From Fidelibacterota bacterium (lineage in GTDB: Bacteria > Fidelibacterota > Marinisomatia > Marinisomatales > Marinisomataceae): a DNA stretch of 52,492 nt. The position numbers and the translations under genes are program-made. The stretch is taken from contig JAYPYG010000005.1 in assembly GCA_038280095.1 (NCBI GenBank), positions 10,346-62,837 of the forward strand, read 5' to 3'. The notes beneath the pieces are model-generated. The model made no database searches. It had not been told where the DNA came from and saw nothing but the letters and a program-made list of their open reading frames with translations. Every line of letters starts with the position of its first letter. Position 1 is the first letter of the stretch. Positions 23,401 through 31,702 of the stretch are shown in pieces.

Positions 23401-24164
23401 AGCTCTCCAGTTTCATGATCAATAATATCTTCGATAACAACATAATGACTCAATTTTTCCAAATCAATTTTTGATGGATCAAGGTCAAGAATTAATTCAA
23501 AAGCATTGTAAATATCTTCATCTGAACTAAAACCTAGAGACCTTAAAAGCATTGTAGCAGGGAATTTTCTTTTTCTATCAATAATAGTAAAAAGAATATC
23601 ATTAATATCAGTTGTAAAATCTATCCATGAACCTCTAATAGGAATGATGCGAGCATTATAAAGTTTTGCACCATTTGGATGAAATTTTTGATCAAAAAAT
23701 GCACCTGGAGATCTTTGAAGTTGAGTAACAACGGTTCTTTCAGCTCCATTGATAATAAAAGTACCTTTGTCTGTCATGTAAGGTATATTACCAAAGTAAA
23801 CATCTTGATCAATTACTTGAGCAAACTTCTTTTTATCTTTTTCATCAGTAATTTTGAGACGTAGTTGAACAGTTAAAGGTACACTGTAAGTAATTCCCCT
23901 ATCAGAGCACTCTCTAGGGGTGTATCTAGCTTTACCTATTGTATAACTTTTATATTCAAGAATATAGTTTTCATGATTATCCTGCAAAGGAAAAATTGAA
24001 GCAAAAGCTTCATGCAATCCAAACATTTCTCTTTCTTTCGGATTGATACCTTCCTGCAAAAAGTCATGAAATGAACCTACTTGCAAATCTAAAAGATTTG
24101 GCAGTTCATTGGTAGTTGTTATTTTCTCAAAATTATGTCTATTGTTTAACTTATCTACTCTCAA
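20409..24164 (-). CDS. rpoB: RNA polymerase beta subunit (TTG start)
   Basis: GGAGGT SD 8 nt before TTG; ETPEGPNIGLI, GDKMAGRHGNKG, GGQRFGEMEVW. Confidence 0.99.
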   Translation of the reverse strand: MRVDKLNNRHNFEKITTTNELPNLLDLQVGSFHDFLQEGINPKEREMFGLHEAFASIFPLQDNHENYILEYKSYTIGKARYTPRECSDRGITYSVPLTVQLRLKITDEKDKKKFAQVIDQDVYFGNIPYMTDKGTFIINGAERTVVTQLQRSPGAFFDQKFHPNGAKLYNARIIPIRGSWIDFTTDINDILFTIIDRKRKFPATMLLRSLGFSSDEDIYNAFELILDLDPSKIDLEKLSHYVVIEDIIDHETGELFVESGKELNESIISTLKKNKTKSIKVVDVRNNIDSMMIHNTIQKDPTKSTEEALMRVYLLLRGSEAPSPESAEKFINRMFFFPKKYDLGQVGRYRLDKQFNLNNSGNDPVLTHDDFLITLKYLIQMRKGLRAPDDIDHLGNRRVRTVGEQLKVQFNSALARMVRTVYERMNLRESETITPQDLINSRLVTTVINTFFGTSQLSQFGDQTNPLAEITHKRRISSLGPGGLSRERAGFEVRDVHYTHYGRLCPIETPEGPNIGLISSLALMAKINRHGFIEAPYRKIDSKKITNSIEYLSADDEDRANIAQSGLKSDKNNLISESKVRVRSKGDFPIVDSEDVQYSDIVPNQILSVAAALIPFVEHDDANRALMGSNMQRQSVPLLKTDSPIVGTGMEKVVARDSKSVLLSPVSGKVVYVDANKVVIKDSNYKDGSLLKTDEDLCTVDLIKYSRSNQNTCYNQKVLVKVGDNVKKDDVIADGASTQGGELALGKNVMIAFMPWNGYNFEDAIVINERLVREDVFTSIHVNEIELEVRDTKRGEEELTPEIPNVSEDATAQLDENGLIRVGAIVNEDDILIGKVTPKGETDPSPEEKLLRAIFGEKAGDVKDASKKAEPGVKGVVIKTDLYEKTSKQSRAEVNKAIKELQKDKRNNERELRASRDKLLSGILKDKSSLGIKDKNDKVLVKKGTKLTLKKISTFNFEQFSLEEPWISGPKSWEKIKLIFDSFHKHLNELEDRLETDIFKLKEGDQLQPGILKLAKVYVANKRKISIGDKMAGRHGNKGVIATIVPEENMPYLEDGTPVDICLNPMGVPSRMNLGQLYETMLGWAGKILGEKYATPVFNGATPEEVAAKMKEAGLPDSGKVTLYDGLTGEKIDNPVLVGYQYMMKLYHMVDDKMHARSTGPYSLVTQQPLGGKAQFGGQRFGEMEVWALQAYGAAHILREILTIKSDDIEGRSKVYSALVKGEDLPDPTTPEAFNVFMKEIQGLGLDITLD

Positions 24165-24217
24165 GATAGATTACCTCCAAAAAATTGGTTAATTAATATA
24201 TACTTTTTATAGTACTA

Positions 24218-24595
24218 TTACTTTAATTCTACTGTAGCTCCAGCCTCTTCAAGTTGAGACTTGATAGTTTCAGCCTCATCTTTTGCGACGCCTTCTTTTA
24301 CAGCCTTAGGAGCAGAATCAACCAATTCTTTAGCTTCTTTTAATCCAAGACCAGAAAGTTCTCTAACAACTTTAATTACTGAGATTTTTGATTGTCCAGC
24401 AGCTGCTAGAACAACATCAAAACTACTTTTTTCTCCACCTTCAGCAGCTCCTTCAGCAGCTCCTCCAGCAGCAGCTGCAACAGGTACAGCGGCAGTAACA
24501 CCAAATTTATCTTCTATATCCTTGACAAGCTCAGATATTTCAATCATATTTGCTTCTTCAAGATATTTTAATACATCTTCTCTTTTAACGCTCAT
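24218..24595 (-). CDS. rplL: 50S ribosomal protein L7/L12
   Basis: KFGVTAA, Ala/Gly hinge, [12 protein letters not shown]. Confidence 0.98.
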   Translation of the reverse strand: MSVKREDVLKYLEEANMIEISELVKDIEDKFGVTAAVPVAAAAGGAAEGAAEGGEKSSFDVVLAAAGQSKISVIKVVRELSGLGLKEAKELVDSAPKAVKEGVAKDEAETIKSQLEEAGATVELK

Positions 24596-24600
24596 TTTAA

Positions 24601-25116
24601 CTACCCTTTCTTTGAGTTTAATTGTTCAAGTGCTCCTAATAAGCCAGATACAGGACTACCTAATGTGCTGCTAAGCTTAGACATTGGAGAATTTAACATT
24701 CCAACAAGTTTGGACAATAACTGTTCTTTCGAAGGAAGATTTGCAATTTTTTCAAACTCTTCTCCCTGAAAAACTTGTCCTTCTAATATCATACCTTTTA
24801 CAGCAGGCTTATCAAAATCTTTTAAAAAATTCTTTATTACTTTTGCAGGATCTGTTGGATCATTATAACTTAATGCCATAGCGGTTGGACCATTCAAAAA
24901 ATTATCTAATCCTTCCATACCAACATCTTTAGCAGCAAGTTTTATTAACGTATTCTTTGCAATAGTAAATTCTACATCGTTTGATACAAATTCTTTTCTA
25001 AGTTTGGTAATGCTAACTACGTCTAATCCAAGATAATCTGTGAAATAGATAGCGTTAGCCTTATCTAATTTTTCTGTTAAATTTTTAACGGCTTCTAAAT
25101 TTTTATTACTTGGCAT
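24601..25116 (-). CDS. rplJ: 50S ribosomal protein L10
   Basis: DYLGLDV, KNTL, GPTA, LPSKEQL. Confidence 0.97.
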   Translation of the reverse strand: MPSNKNLEAVKNLTEKLDKANAIYFTDYLGLDVVSITKLRKEFVSNDVEFTIAKNTLIKLAAKDVGMEGLDNFLNGPTAMALSYNDPTDPAKVIKNFLKDFDKPAVKGMILEGQVFQGEEFEKIANLPSKEQLLSKLVGMLNSPMSKLSSTLGSPVSGLLGALEQLNSKKG

Positions 25117-25118
25117 AA

Positions 25119-25799
25119 TTATTCTGTTCCTATCTTAATTCCTGGACCTAAAGTTGAAGAGATACTAATAGACTTTAAGTACTTACCTTTAAATGAATTT
25201 GGTTTTGCTGACATAACAGCACTTTGAAGAGTATTAAAATTCTCCTTTAATTGCTCTTCTGTAAATGATGTTTTACCAATCGAAGATTGTAAGATACCAT
25301 TTTTTTCTACTCTAGCATCAAGTTTACCAGCTTTAAGCTCTTTGATGGCTTTAGCAACATCATTTGTTACTGTACCAGATTTAGGATTTGGCATTAAACC
25401 TTTGGGTCCAAGAACCTTGCCTAGCTTACCTAATTCAACCATAAGATCTGGTGTAACTACAATTTTATCAACATCAGTCCAGCCAGCTTTAATCTTATCA
25501 AGAAATTCATCTTTACCTACAAAATCAGCACCGGCATCTTTTGCCTCTGCCTCTTTATCTGCATTTACTATTGCTAATACTGAAACCTCTTTTCCAATTC
25601 CGTGAGGAAGATTAATACTTAATCTTATATTTTCTTCAGCATGTCTAGGATCTACCCCTAAGTTAAAAGCAACATCAACTGACTCATTAAATGACTCTCT
25701 CTTAAAACTCATCAAAAGATTAATAGCTTCTTCTGTGCTGTAAAGCTTTGAAGAATCTAATGTCTCATTAACTGATTTTGAAAATTTAGTTATTTTCAT
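25119..25799 (-). CDS. rplA: 50S ribosomal protein L1
   Basis: [33 protein letters not shown]. Confidence 0.98.
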   Translation of the reverse strand: MKITKFSKSVNETLDSSKLYSTEEAINLLMSFKRESFNESVDVAFNLGVDPRHAEENIRLSINLPHGIGKEVSVLAIVNADKEAEAKDAGADFVGKDEFLDKIKAGWTDVDKIVVTPDLMVELGKLGKVLGPKGLMPNPKSGTVTNDVAKAIKELKAGKLDARVEKNGILQSSIGKTSFTEEQLKENFNTLQSAVMSAKPNSFKGKYLKSISISSTLGPGIKIGTE

Positions 25800-26224
25800 T
25801 TTTCGACCTCAATTCCCATACTAACAGCAGTTCCAGCAATCATTTCTGCAGCTTGATCTAATGTGTGAGCATTTAAATCTTTCATTTTAATTTCAGCGAT
25901 TTTTTTACACTGGGCCATATTAATAGTTCCAACTTTGTCTTTATTTGGCTCTTGTGAACCTTTTTTCATTTTTAATTCTTTCATAATAAGGGTCGATGCA
26001 GGTGGAGATTTGGTTTCAAATGTAAAAGATCTATCTTTATAGACAGTAATAATTACTGGGGTTAACATTCCCTGTAATTCTTTAGTTGCATCATTGAATG
26101 CATTACAAAAATCCATAATGTTTACACCATGCTGTCCAAGTGCAGGACCAACAGGTGGGGCTGGATTAGCCTGTCCAGCTGCGATTTGCAATTTAATTAA
26201 ACCAGTTTTTTCTTTTTCAGCCAT
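25796..26224 (-). CDS. rplK: 50S ribosomal protein L11
   Basis: [22 protein letters not shown]. Confidence 0.98.
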   Translation of the reverse strand: MAEKEKTGLIKLQIAAGQANPAPPVGPALGQHGVNIMDFCNAFNDATKELQGMLTPVIITVYKDRSFTFETKSPPASTLIMKELKMKKGSQEPNKDKVGTINMAQCKKIAEIKMKDLNAHTLDQAAEMIAGTAVSMGIEVEK

Positions 26225-26226
26225 TT

Positions 26227-26760
26227 TTAACTTTCACTTAAAATTTGGTTTACACTCAACTCAATAGGAGTAGGTCTTCCAAAAATATTAACATTTACTT
26301 TAATTCTATTTCTATCATTTACCTCTTGAACAAGGCCGTTGAATTCTTTAAATGGTCCATCAATCACCTTTACAGAATCTCCAACTTTAAATGGAATATC
26401 ATCAATATCTTCAGTAGAAAGCTCATCGCCATCAGAAGAAACAAGATAACGAGACATTTCAACTTCAGTAACAGGGTGAGGACTTCCTTTTGGACCGACA
26501 AAACTCATAACGCCATCAACGCTTTCAATAAAAAATTTTGTTTCATTATTCATAATCATCTTAACCAAAATGTATCCAGGCAATAAGCTCTTTTCTTTCA
26601 CAGTCTTTTTACCATTTTTGATATCAACTATGTTCTCAGTTGGGATTAAAATTTCCTCAACATTAGCTTTTAAGTCTTTTTCAAAATCAAGTTCTCTGAA
26701 AATAGTATCTTTCACCTTATTTTCTTTACCTGACATTACTCTTAAACTATACCAATTCAT
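26227..26760 (-). CDS. nusG: Transcription factor NusG (start moved to MNWY)
   Basis: WY...SGKE, PGYILV, GPF..F.G.V, IFGRPTP; ATGA overlap with secE stop. Confidence 0.96.
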   Translation of the reverse strand: MNWYSLRVMSGKENKVKDTIFRELDFEKDLKANVEEILIPTENIVDIKNGKKTVKEKSLLPGYILVKMIMNNETKFFIESVDGVMSFVGPKGSPHPVTEVEMSRYLVSSDGDELSTEDIDDIPFKVGDSVKVIDGPFKEFNGLVQEVNDRNRIKVNVNIFGRPTPIELSVNQILSES

Positions 26761-26939
26761 ATCAACACTCTCATAAATCTTTGAATTGCCCAATCAATCC
26801 CAAACAAAAAAAGAACAAATAAAAGAAAAAAGACAATAATTAAATAAGTAGATCCTCTCAACTCATTGTAGGATGGCCATGAAACCTTGTTCATTTCCAA
26901 GTAAACCTGATTTAAAAAATCTTTTATTCTTTTAAACAT
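26757..26939 (-). CDS. secE: Preprotein translocase SecE (single TM)
   Basis: EMNKVSWP followed by one hydrophobic helix; upstream of nusG. Confidence 0.95.
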   Translation of the reverse strand: MFKRIKDFLNQVYLEMNKVSWPSYNELRGSTYLIIVFFLLFVLFLFGIDWAIQRFMRVLI

Positions 26940-26955
26940 TCTCTATCCTTTATCG

Positions 26956-27028
26956 CAGGTGAGGCAGGAATTGAACCCGCAACCCCCGGTTTTGGAGACC
27001 GATGCTCTACCAATTGAGCTACTCACCT
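26956..27028 (-). tRNA. tRNA-Trp (CCA)
   Basis: Acceptor AGGTGAG/CTCACCT, anticodon arm TCGGT-CTCCAAA-ACCGG, GGTTCAATTCC; no encoded 3' CCA. Confidence 0.96.
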
Positions 27029-27033
27029 ATATG

Positions 27034-27198
27034 CTATTTAATTTCTTTAAAAAGAACATGCTTGCGAGCTACAGGGTCAAACTTTTTATATTCAAGTTTG
27101 TCGGGATGTTTACTCTTATTTTTAGTAACAGTATAACGATACCCTGTCCCTGCAGTACTCTCAAGTCTTACAATTGCTCTTTTGCTATTACCAGCCAT
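27034..27198 (-). CDS. rpmG: 50S ribosomal protein L33, Zn-free (C-) type, 54 aa
   Basis: Manual translation [54 protein letters not shown]; TAATG overlap with tuf. Confidence 0.96.
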   Translation of the reverse strand: MAGNSKRAIVRLESTAGTGYRYTVTKNKSKHPDKLEYKKFDPVARKHVLFKEIK

Positions 27199-28391
27199 TA
27201 GTCAACTACAGTAGTTACTACTCCAGCTCCTACAGTGTGTCCACCTTCTCTAATAGCGAATCTTAGCTCTTGATCCATAGCAATCGGTGTAATTAGTTCA
27301 ACGTTCATTTCAACATTATCTCCAGGCATAACCATTTCAGTACCTTCAGGTAAAGTAACCACACCAGTTACATCAGTTGTTCTGAAGTAAAACTGTGGTC
27401 TGTAGTTATTGAAAAATGGAGTATGTCTTCCACCTTCTTCTTTTTTCAAAACATAAACGTTTGCTTTGAACTTGGTGTGTGGTGTAATTGAACCTTTAGC
27501 TGCTAAAACAACACCTCTTTTAAGGTCTTCTTTTTCAACACCTCTTAATAAAAGACCGGCATTATCACCAGCTTCACCTTCATCAAGAGTTTTTTGGAAC
27601 ATTTCAACACCAGTAACTGTTGTTGTACCGATTTTATTATCAAGACCAACAACTTCTACTTCTTCACCAATTTTAATCTTACCTGATTCGATTCTTCCAG
27701 TACCGACAGTACCTCTACCAGTAATACTGAAAACATCCTCAACAGGCATTAAGAATGGTTTATCAATTGCACGTTCTGGCTGTGGGATAAATGAATCACA
27801 AGCTTCCATTAGCTCAGCAATACATTTTACCGCTTCAGCATCATTAGGATTTTCAAGAGCTTTTAAAGCACTACCTTTAACGATAGGAGTATTATCACCA
27901 TCGAATTTGTATTCGCTTAAAAGATCTCTTAATTCCATCTCTACCAATTCTAACAATTCAGGATCGTCAACTTGGTCAACCTTATTCATGAAAACAACGA
28001 TACTTGGAACGTTTACCTGACGAGCAAGCAATACGTGTTCTCTTGTTTGAGGCATAGGACCGTCAGCTGCACTAACAACAAGAATAGCTCCATCCATTTG
28101 AGCTGCTCCTGTAATCATGTTTTTAATGTAGTCGGCGTGACCAGGACAGTCAACGTGCGCGTAGTGGCGGTTAGCTGTCTCATATTCAACATGTGAAGTT
28201 GAAATTGTAATACCTCTTTCTTTTTCCTCAGGTGCATTATCAATAGTGTCAAAATCACGTTTAGCTGCTAAACCTAGATTAGACTGGGTTTGCGTAATAG
28301 CAGCAGTCAAAGTAGTCTTACCATGGTCAACGTGACCGATAGTACCGATATTACAGTGAGGCTTATTTCTAACAAATGTTTCTTTAGCCAT
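27198..28391 (-). CDS. tuf: Elongation factor Tu
   Basis: [30 protein letters not shown]; AAGGAG SD. Confidence 0.99.
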   Translation of the reverse strand: MAKETFVRNKPHCNIGTIGHVDHGKTTLTAAITQTQSNLGLAAKRDFDTIDNAPEEKERGITISTSHVEYETANRHYAHVDCPGHADYIKNMITGAAQMDGAILVVSAADGPMPQTREHVLLARQVNVPSIVVFMNKVDQVDDPELLELVEMELRDLLSEYKFDGDNTPIVKGSALKALENPNDAEAVKCIAELMEACDSFIPQPERAIDKPFLMPVEDVFSITGRGTVGTGRIESGKIKIGEEVEVVGLDNKIGTTTVTGVEMFQKTLDEGEAGDNAGLLLRGVEKEDLKRGVVLAAKGSITPHTKFKANVYVLKKEEGGRHTPFFNNYRPQFYFRTTDVTGVVTLPEGTEMVMPGDNVEMNVELITPIAMDQELRFAIREGGHTVGAGVVTTVVD

Positions 28392-28434
28392 TTTGTTATC
28401 TCCTTGTTTTTAACAATTATTTTTATTTTTTTTG

Positions 28435-28507
28435 AGCCTACGACCGGGATTGAACCGGTGACCTCTTCGTTACCAACGAAGTGCTCTACCTACTGAGCTA
28501 CGCAGGC
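28435..28507 (-). tRNA. tRNA-Thr (GGT)
   Basis: GCCTGCG/CGTAGGC acceptor; CTTCG-TTGGTAA-CGAAG; no CCA. Confidence 0.96.
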
Positions 28508-28515
28508 AATTATTG

Positions 28516-28588
28516 AGCGAGTGACGCGATTCGAACGCGCGACCCTCAGCTTGGAAGGCTGATGCTCTACCAACTGAGCTACACTCGC
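28516..28588 (-). tRNA. tRNA-Gly (TCC)
   Basis: GCGAGTG/CACTCGC acceptor; TCAGC-CTTCCAA-GCTGA; no CCA. Confidence 0.96.
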
Positions 28589-28596
28589 AAATCCTG

Positions 28597-28679
28597 TGGG
28601 CAAAGAAGGATTCGAACCTCCGTAGACTTACGTCGGCAGATTTACAGTCTGCTGCCTTTAACCACTCGGCCATTTGCCC
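28597..28679 (-). tRNA. tRNA-Tyr (GTA)
   Basis: GGGCAAA/TTTGCCC acceptor; GCAGA-CTGTAAA-TCTGC; long variable arm; no CCA. Confidence 0.96.
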
Positions 28680-28754
28680 GAAATCCTAAACTCAATCCTG
28701 ATAGTAAGATCAAAAAAAATTTTCAAATACCTTGCTTTTTACCCTTAAAAACTG

Positions 28755-28827
28755 AGCCGGCGAGAGGATTTGAACCCCCGACCCGCTGATTACAAATCAG
28801 CTGCTCTACCAACTGAGCTACACCGGC
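28755..28827 (-). tRNA. tRNA-Thr (TGT)
   Basis: GCCGGTG/CGCCGGC acceptor; GCTGA-TTTGTAA-TCAGC; no CCA. Confidence 0.96.
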
Positions 28828-28865
28828 AATGTATGTATACACGCACGCGTAGGCAAAAACGACGA

Positions 28866-28893
28866 AATATAAGAAGATTTATCAGGAAAACAA
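28866..28893 (-). promoter_or_regulatory. Putative promoter of the tRNA-tuf-secE-rplKAJL-rpoBC transcript
   Basis: Minus strand TTGTTT (28893-28888), 16-nt spacer, TATATT (28871-28866; same -10 as the rpsL promoter), then TCGTCG. Confidence 0.6.
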
Positions 28894-28894
28894 A

Positions 28895-30268
28895 TTATTT
28901 CTTTTTAGAGAGATTTTGTCCGCTGGATGTATCCTCAACCTGCCAGCCTAAAGACTCAATTTTATCTCTAATTGAATCAGACAATTTCCAATCTAGATTT
29001 TTTCTTGCTTCTTGACGAGAAACAAGTAAATCTTGTAACTCTTTTGGAATATTTTGATCATGTAAATTGTTAAAATCTAAAATATCAAAAATTGAATTAA
29101 ATAATTTTAAAAAAACTAAAGATTTTTCTTTATCTGCATCATTTATTGAGTTTTCTGCAATTTTTTTATTCATTTCTGATATAAAACTAAAGAAAACTCC
29201 AATCGCCCCAGGAGTATTTAAATCATCATTAAGAGCATCAATGAATAATTCATGTTCACTTGAAAATTTTAGTTCAATATTTTTACTGTCAATATTGAAG
29301 TTTTTTGCAAATCTTTTAATTTTTTCAATCATTTTTTTGCATTCATCTAATTTTTTTTGACTGAAAGATACCTTAGTTCTATAATGAGCAGAAAGTAGAA
29401 ATAATCTAACTACATCCGAACCATTCTTTTCTATTAGAGTGCTTACATCAATGAAGTTACCTAATGACTTGCTCATCTTTTCATCGTCCATATTCAAATG
29501 TTCAGCATGAAGCCAATAATTAGATAGATTATGTTTTTGAATAGCTTCAATTTGAGCACTCTCATTTTCGTGATGAGGAAATTTTAGATCTATTCCTCCA
29601 CAATGTATGTCAAGACGACCATCAAAAAGGGTCTTGATCATTACAGCGCATTCGGTATGCCATCCAGGCCTTCCCTTACCCCAATCGCTGTTCCAGAAAA
29701 TATCACCATCAGAATCCTTTTTTGCCTTCCATAATGTAAAATCATTACGATTCTTTTTTGCTAACTCATTATCTTCCGTTTCAAGATCATCGCTAATGTT
29801 TACAAATTTTCCATATTTGGGATAAGCTTCTATATCAAAAAAAATATTTCCGTTTATTTCATAGGCTAAATCTTGATTTATTAAAGCTTGAATGAATTCA
29901 ATCATTTCTTCTACATACTCTGTTGCTCTTGGATTATGATTGTTAGGTAAAATTTTTAAGGATTTTGACAATTCCAGGAATGATAATTCATATTTTGAAG
30001 TTATTTCCTTTAATGAAGTATTCTCCTGATTAACTCTATCAATAATCTTGTCATCGATATCAGTTATATTAACTGCAGTTTCCGTCTCATAACCGTTTAA
30101 CTGTAGAACTCTGTTTAATAAATCATAAAATACAAAGGTTCTAAAATTTCCTATGTGAGGATCGTTATAAACTGTTGGACCGCAACCATAAGTTTTTACT
30201 TTTTTATCAGAAATTGATTTGAAGACTTCTTTTTTACTTGAAAGTGAATTATATAATTTTAAGCTCAT
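28895..30268 (-). CDS. cysS: Cysteine--tRNA ligase
   Basis: CGPTVY, HIGN, DFTLWK, GRPGWHTEC, DLKFPHHENE, KMSKSLGN. Confidence 0.98.
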   Translation of the reverse strand: MSLKLYNSLSSKKEVFKSISDKKVKTYGCGPTVYNDPHIGNFRTFVFYDLLNRVLQLNGYETETAVNITDIDDKIIDRVNQENTSLKEITSKYELSFLELSKSLKILPNNHNPRATEYVEEMIEFIQALINQDLAYEINGNIFFDIEAYPKYGKFVNISDDLETEDNELAKKNRNDFTLWKAKKDSDGDIFWNSDWGKGRPGWHTECAVMIKTLFDGRLDIHCGGIDLKFPHHENESAQIEAIQKHNLSNYWLHAEHLNMDDEKMSKSLGNFIDVSTLIEKNGSDVVRLFLLSAHYRTKVSFSQKKLDECKKMIEKIKRFAKNFNIDSKNIELKFSSEHELFIDALNDDLNTPGAIGVFFSFISEMNKKIAENSINDADKEKSLVFLKLFNSIFDILDFNNLHDQNIPKELQDLLVSRQEARKNLDWKLSDSIRDKIESLGWQVEDTSSGQNLSKKK

Positions 30269-31164
30269 TTTTGTAAAGACAATTTAATAATTTTATTAAT
30301 TATATCTTTAAAAGAAAATCCATGTCTCTTAGCAGCCATAGGAAATAAGCTAGTTTCAGTCATTCCAGGAAGAGTATTTATTTCTAAAAAATAGAAATTA
30401 TTTTCGTAAAATTTAAAGTCAACTCTTGAATAAACATCACATTTGAGCATCTTATGAACACTTAATGCGCAATCTTGCACAAATTGATATTTTTCTATAG
30501 TGAGGTCAGCAGGACAAGTATATTTTGATTCGCCGACTGTATATTTTGATTTGTAATCATATATACCAGATTTTGGTTCAATTTCAATAACGGGAAGTGG
30601 CTCATTGCCCAAAATTGGAACAGTAATTTCTCTTCCATCAATGAACTCTTCAATTAATACGGAATTGTCAAAATCTAAAGCTATATCAATGGCATCATTT
30701 AAATTTTCAAAATTATCAATAACATTGAAACCAACAGAGCTTCCTTGTGAATTTGGTTTAACAATATATTTTTCAGACTTGAAATCAAGATGATCATTGC
30801 ATGTATTTGAAGAAGTTTGATAATATTTTGGAGATAAAACTCCCTGATTCATAACAATTTCTTTTGTCACAGATTTATCAAAGCAATTTCGAGAAGATTT
30901 TTCATCTGAACCGTTAAAAGGAATATTATTTTTTGATAAAATTGATTGAATGACTCCATCCTCACCAAAAGAACCATGCAATGCAATGAAGACAAAATCA
31001 TGTGCTTTTAAATCATTTAAGATAAAATCAATTGAATCTGAATCCAGAACAAATATTGAAGTATTATAACCTAATTGATTACAAGCTTCACCAACAGCTT
31101 CACCAGTTCTTATGGAAACTAATCGCTCCTCTGAATTTCCTCCCGATATTACTGCAATATTAAT
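30265..31164 (-). CDS. ddl: D-alanine--D-alanine ligase (299 aa if started at ATT 31164)
   Basis: Frame stays open 61 codons upstream of the ORF-track start and reads NIAVISGGNSEERLVSIRTG; also LHG..GEDG, GSSVG, YDYKSKY, EINTLPGMT. Product certain, start codon uncertain. Confidence 0.92.
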   Translation of the reverse strand: MNIAVISGGNSEERLVSIRTGEAVGEACNQLGYNTSIFVLDSDSIDFILNDLKAHDFVFIALHGSFGEDGVIQSILSKNNIPFNGSDEKSSRNCFDKSVTKEIVMNQGVLSPKYYQTSSNTCNDHLDFKSEKYIVKPNSQGSSVGFNVIDNFENLNDAIDIALDFDNSVLIEEFIDGREITVPILGNEPLPVIEIEPKSGIYDYKSKYTVGESKYTCPADLTIEKYQFVQDCALSVHKMLKCDVYSRVDFKFYENNFYFLEINTLPGMTETSLFPMAAKRHGFSFKDIINKIIKLSLQK

Positions 31165-31700
31165 TTTATATCCTTTGCTGCTTCAAGTAAATTATTAGAT
31201 ACCAAATCAACATCACAACTAGATTGAACATCATTCAAATAATCATTTCCCATTCCAGTTAATAAAAATATTGTTTTCATTTTAAGCCTATCCCCAACTT
31301 GCATATCAACAATTGAATCACCAATCATCAAAGAATTTTCTAGATTGATATTAAATTCCTCTGACGCTTTTTGAAACATTCCTATTCCCGGTTTTCTCAT
31401 TGAGAAATAGTCTTCATCGTAATTATCAGCAAAATAAATATTTTTCAATGGTAGTTTTCTTTTTCTGAACTCATCATTAATGTAAGCATGAATACTTTCC
31501 AAATTATTGATGTCAATTTTACCCGTTGAAAGTCCTGATTGGTTTGTAACTATAAAAAATTTGTCGCTGTATTGATGTAATAGTTCTAATGCTTCAAAAG
31601 TAAAGTCAAAAAAATCATAATCTTTGACATCATTTATGTACCCATAAGGATCATGACTAATAGTTCCATCTCTATCTAAAAAAATTGCATCAAACTTCAA
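31149..31700 (-). CDS. HAD-IIIA phosphatase, GmhB/HisB-N family (D,D-heptose-1,7-bisphosphate phosphatase-like)
   Basis: FLDRDGTI, VTNQSG, RKPGIGM, MIGDS..D; probable TTG start at 31700 with GGAG 6 nt upstream; substrate not determinable. Confidence 0.85.
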   Translation of the reverse strand: MKFDAIFLDRDGTISHDPYGYINDVKDYDFFDFTFEALELLHQYSDKFFIVTNQSGLSTGKIDINNLESIHAYINDEFRKRKLPLKNIYFADNYDEDYFSMRKPGIGMFQKASEEFNINLENSLMIGDSIVDMQVGDRLKMKTIFLLTGMGNDYLNDVQSSCDVDLVSNNLLEAAKDIKLILQ

Positions 31701-31702
31701 TT

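Noticed and set aside
24165-24217. Attenuator or terminator between rplL and rpoB (ATAGTACTAT and TTAATTAA palindromes)
   Set aside because: Short AT-rich palindromes expected by chance; no stable stem with a U-tract.
27466-28020. 184-aa plus-strand ORF, and the other plus-strand ORFs (e.g. 24261-24674, 20764-21150, 38987-39523)
   Set aside because: Antisense shadows of conserved genes caused by codon bias; no recognisable motifs.
26956-28827. Integrated element at the tRNAs; inteins in dnaB or rpoBC
   Set aside because: No integrase or duplicated tRNA 3' end; protein lengths and motifs are uninterrupted.
28866-28893. Bacteroidetes-type -33/-7 promoter (TTTG / TAnnTTTG)
   Set aside because: The -7 match is imperfect (TATATTTC); both promoters fit canonical -35/-10 spacing better.
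26959-29015. Short ORFs overlapping the tRNA genes (26959-27201, 28290-28496, 28470-28673, 28562-28789, 28770-29015)
   Set aside because: These are translations of tRNA or neighbouring gene sequence.
30265-30981. ddl as an N-terminally truncated pseudogene
   Set aside because: The frame continues without stops to 31164 and encodes the conserved N-terminus.
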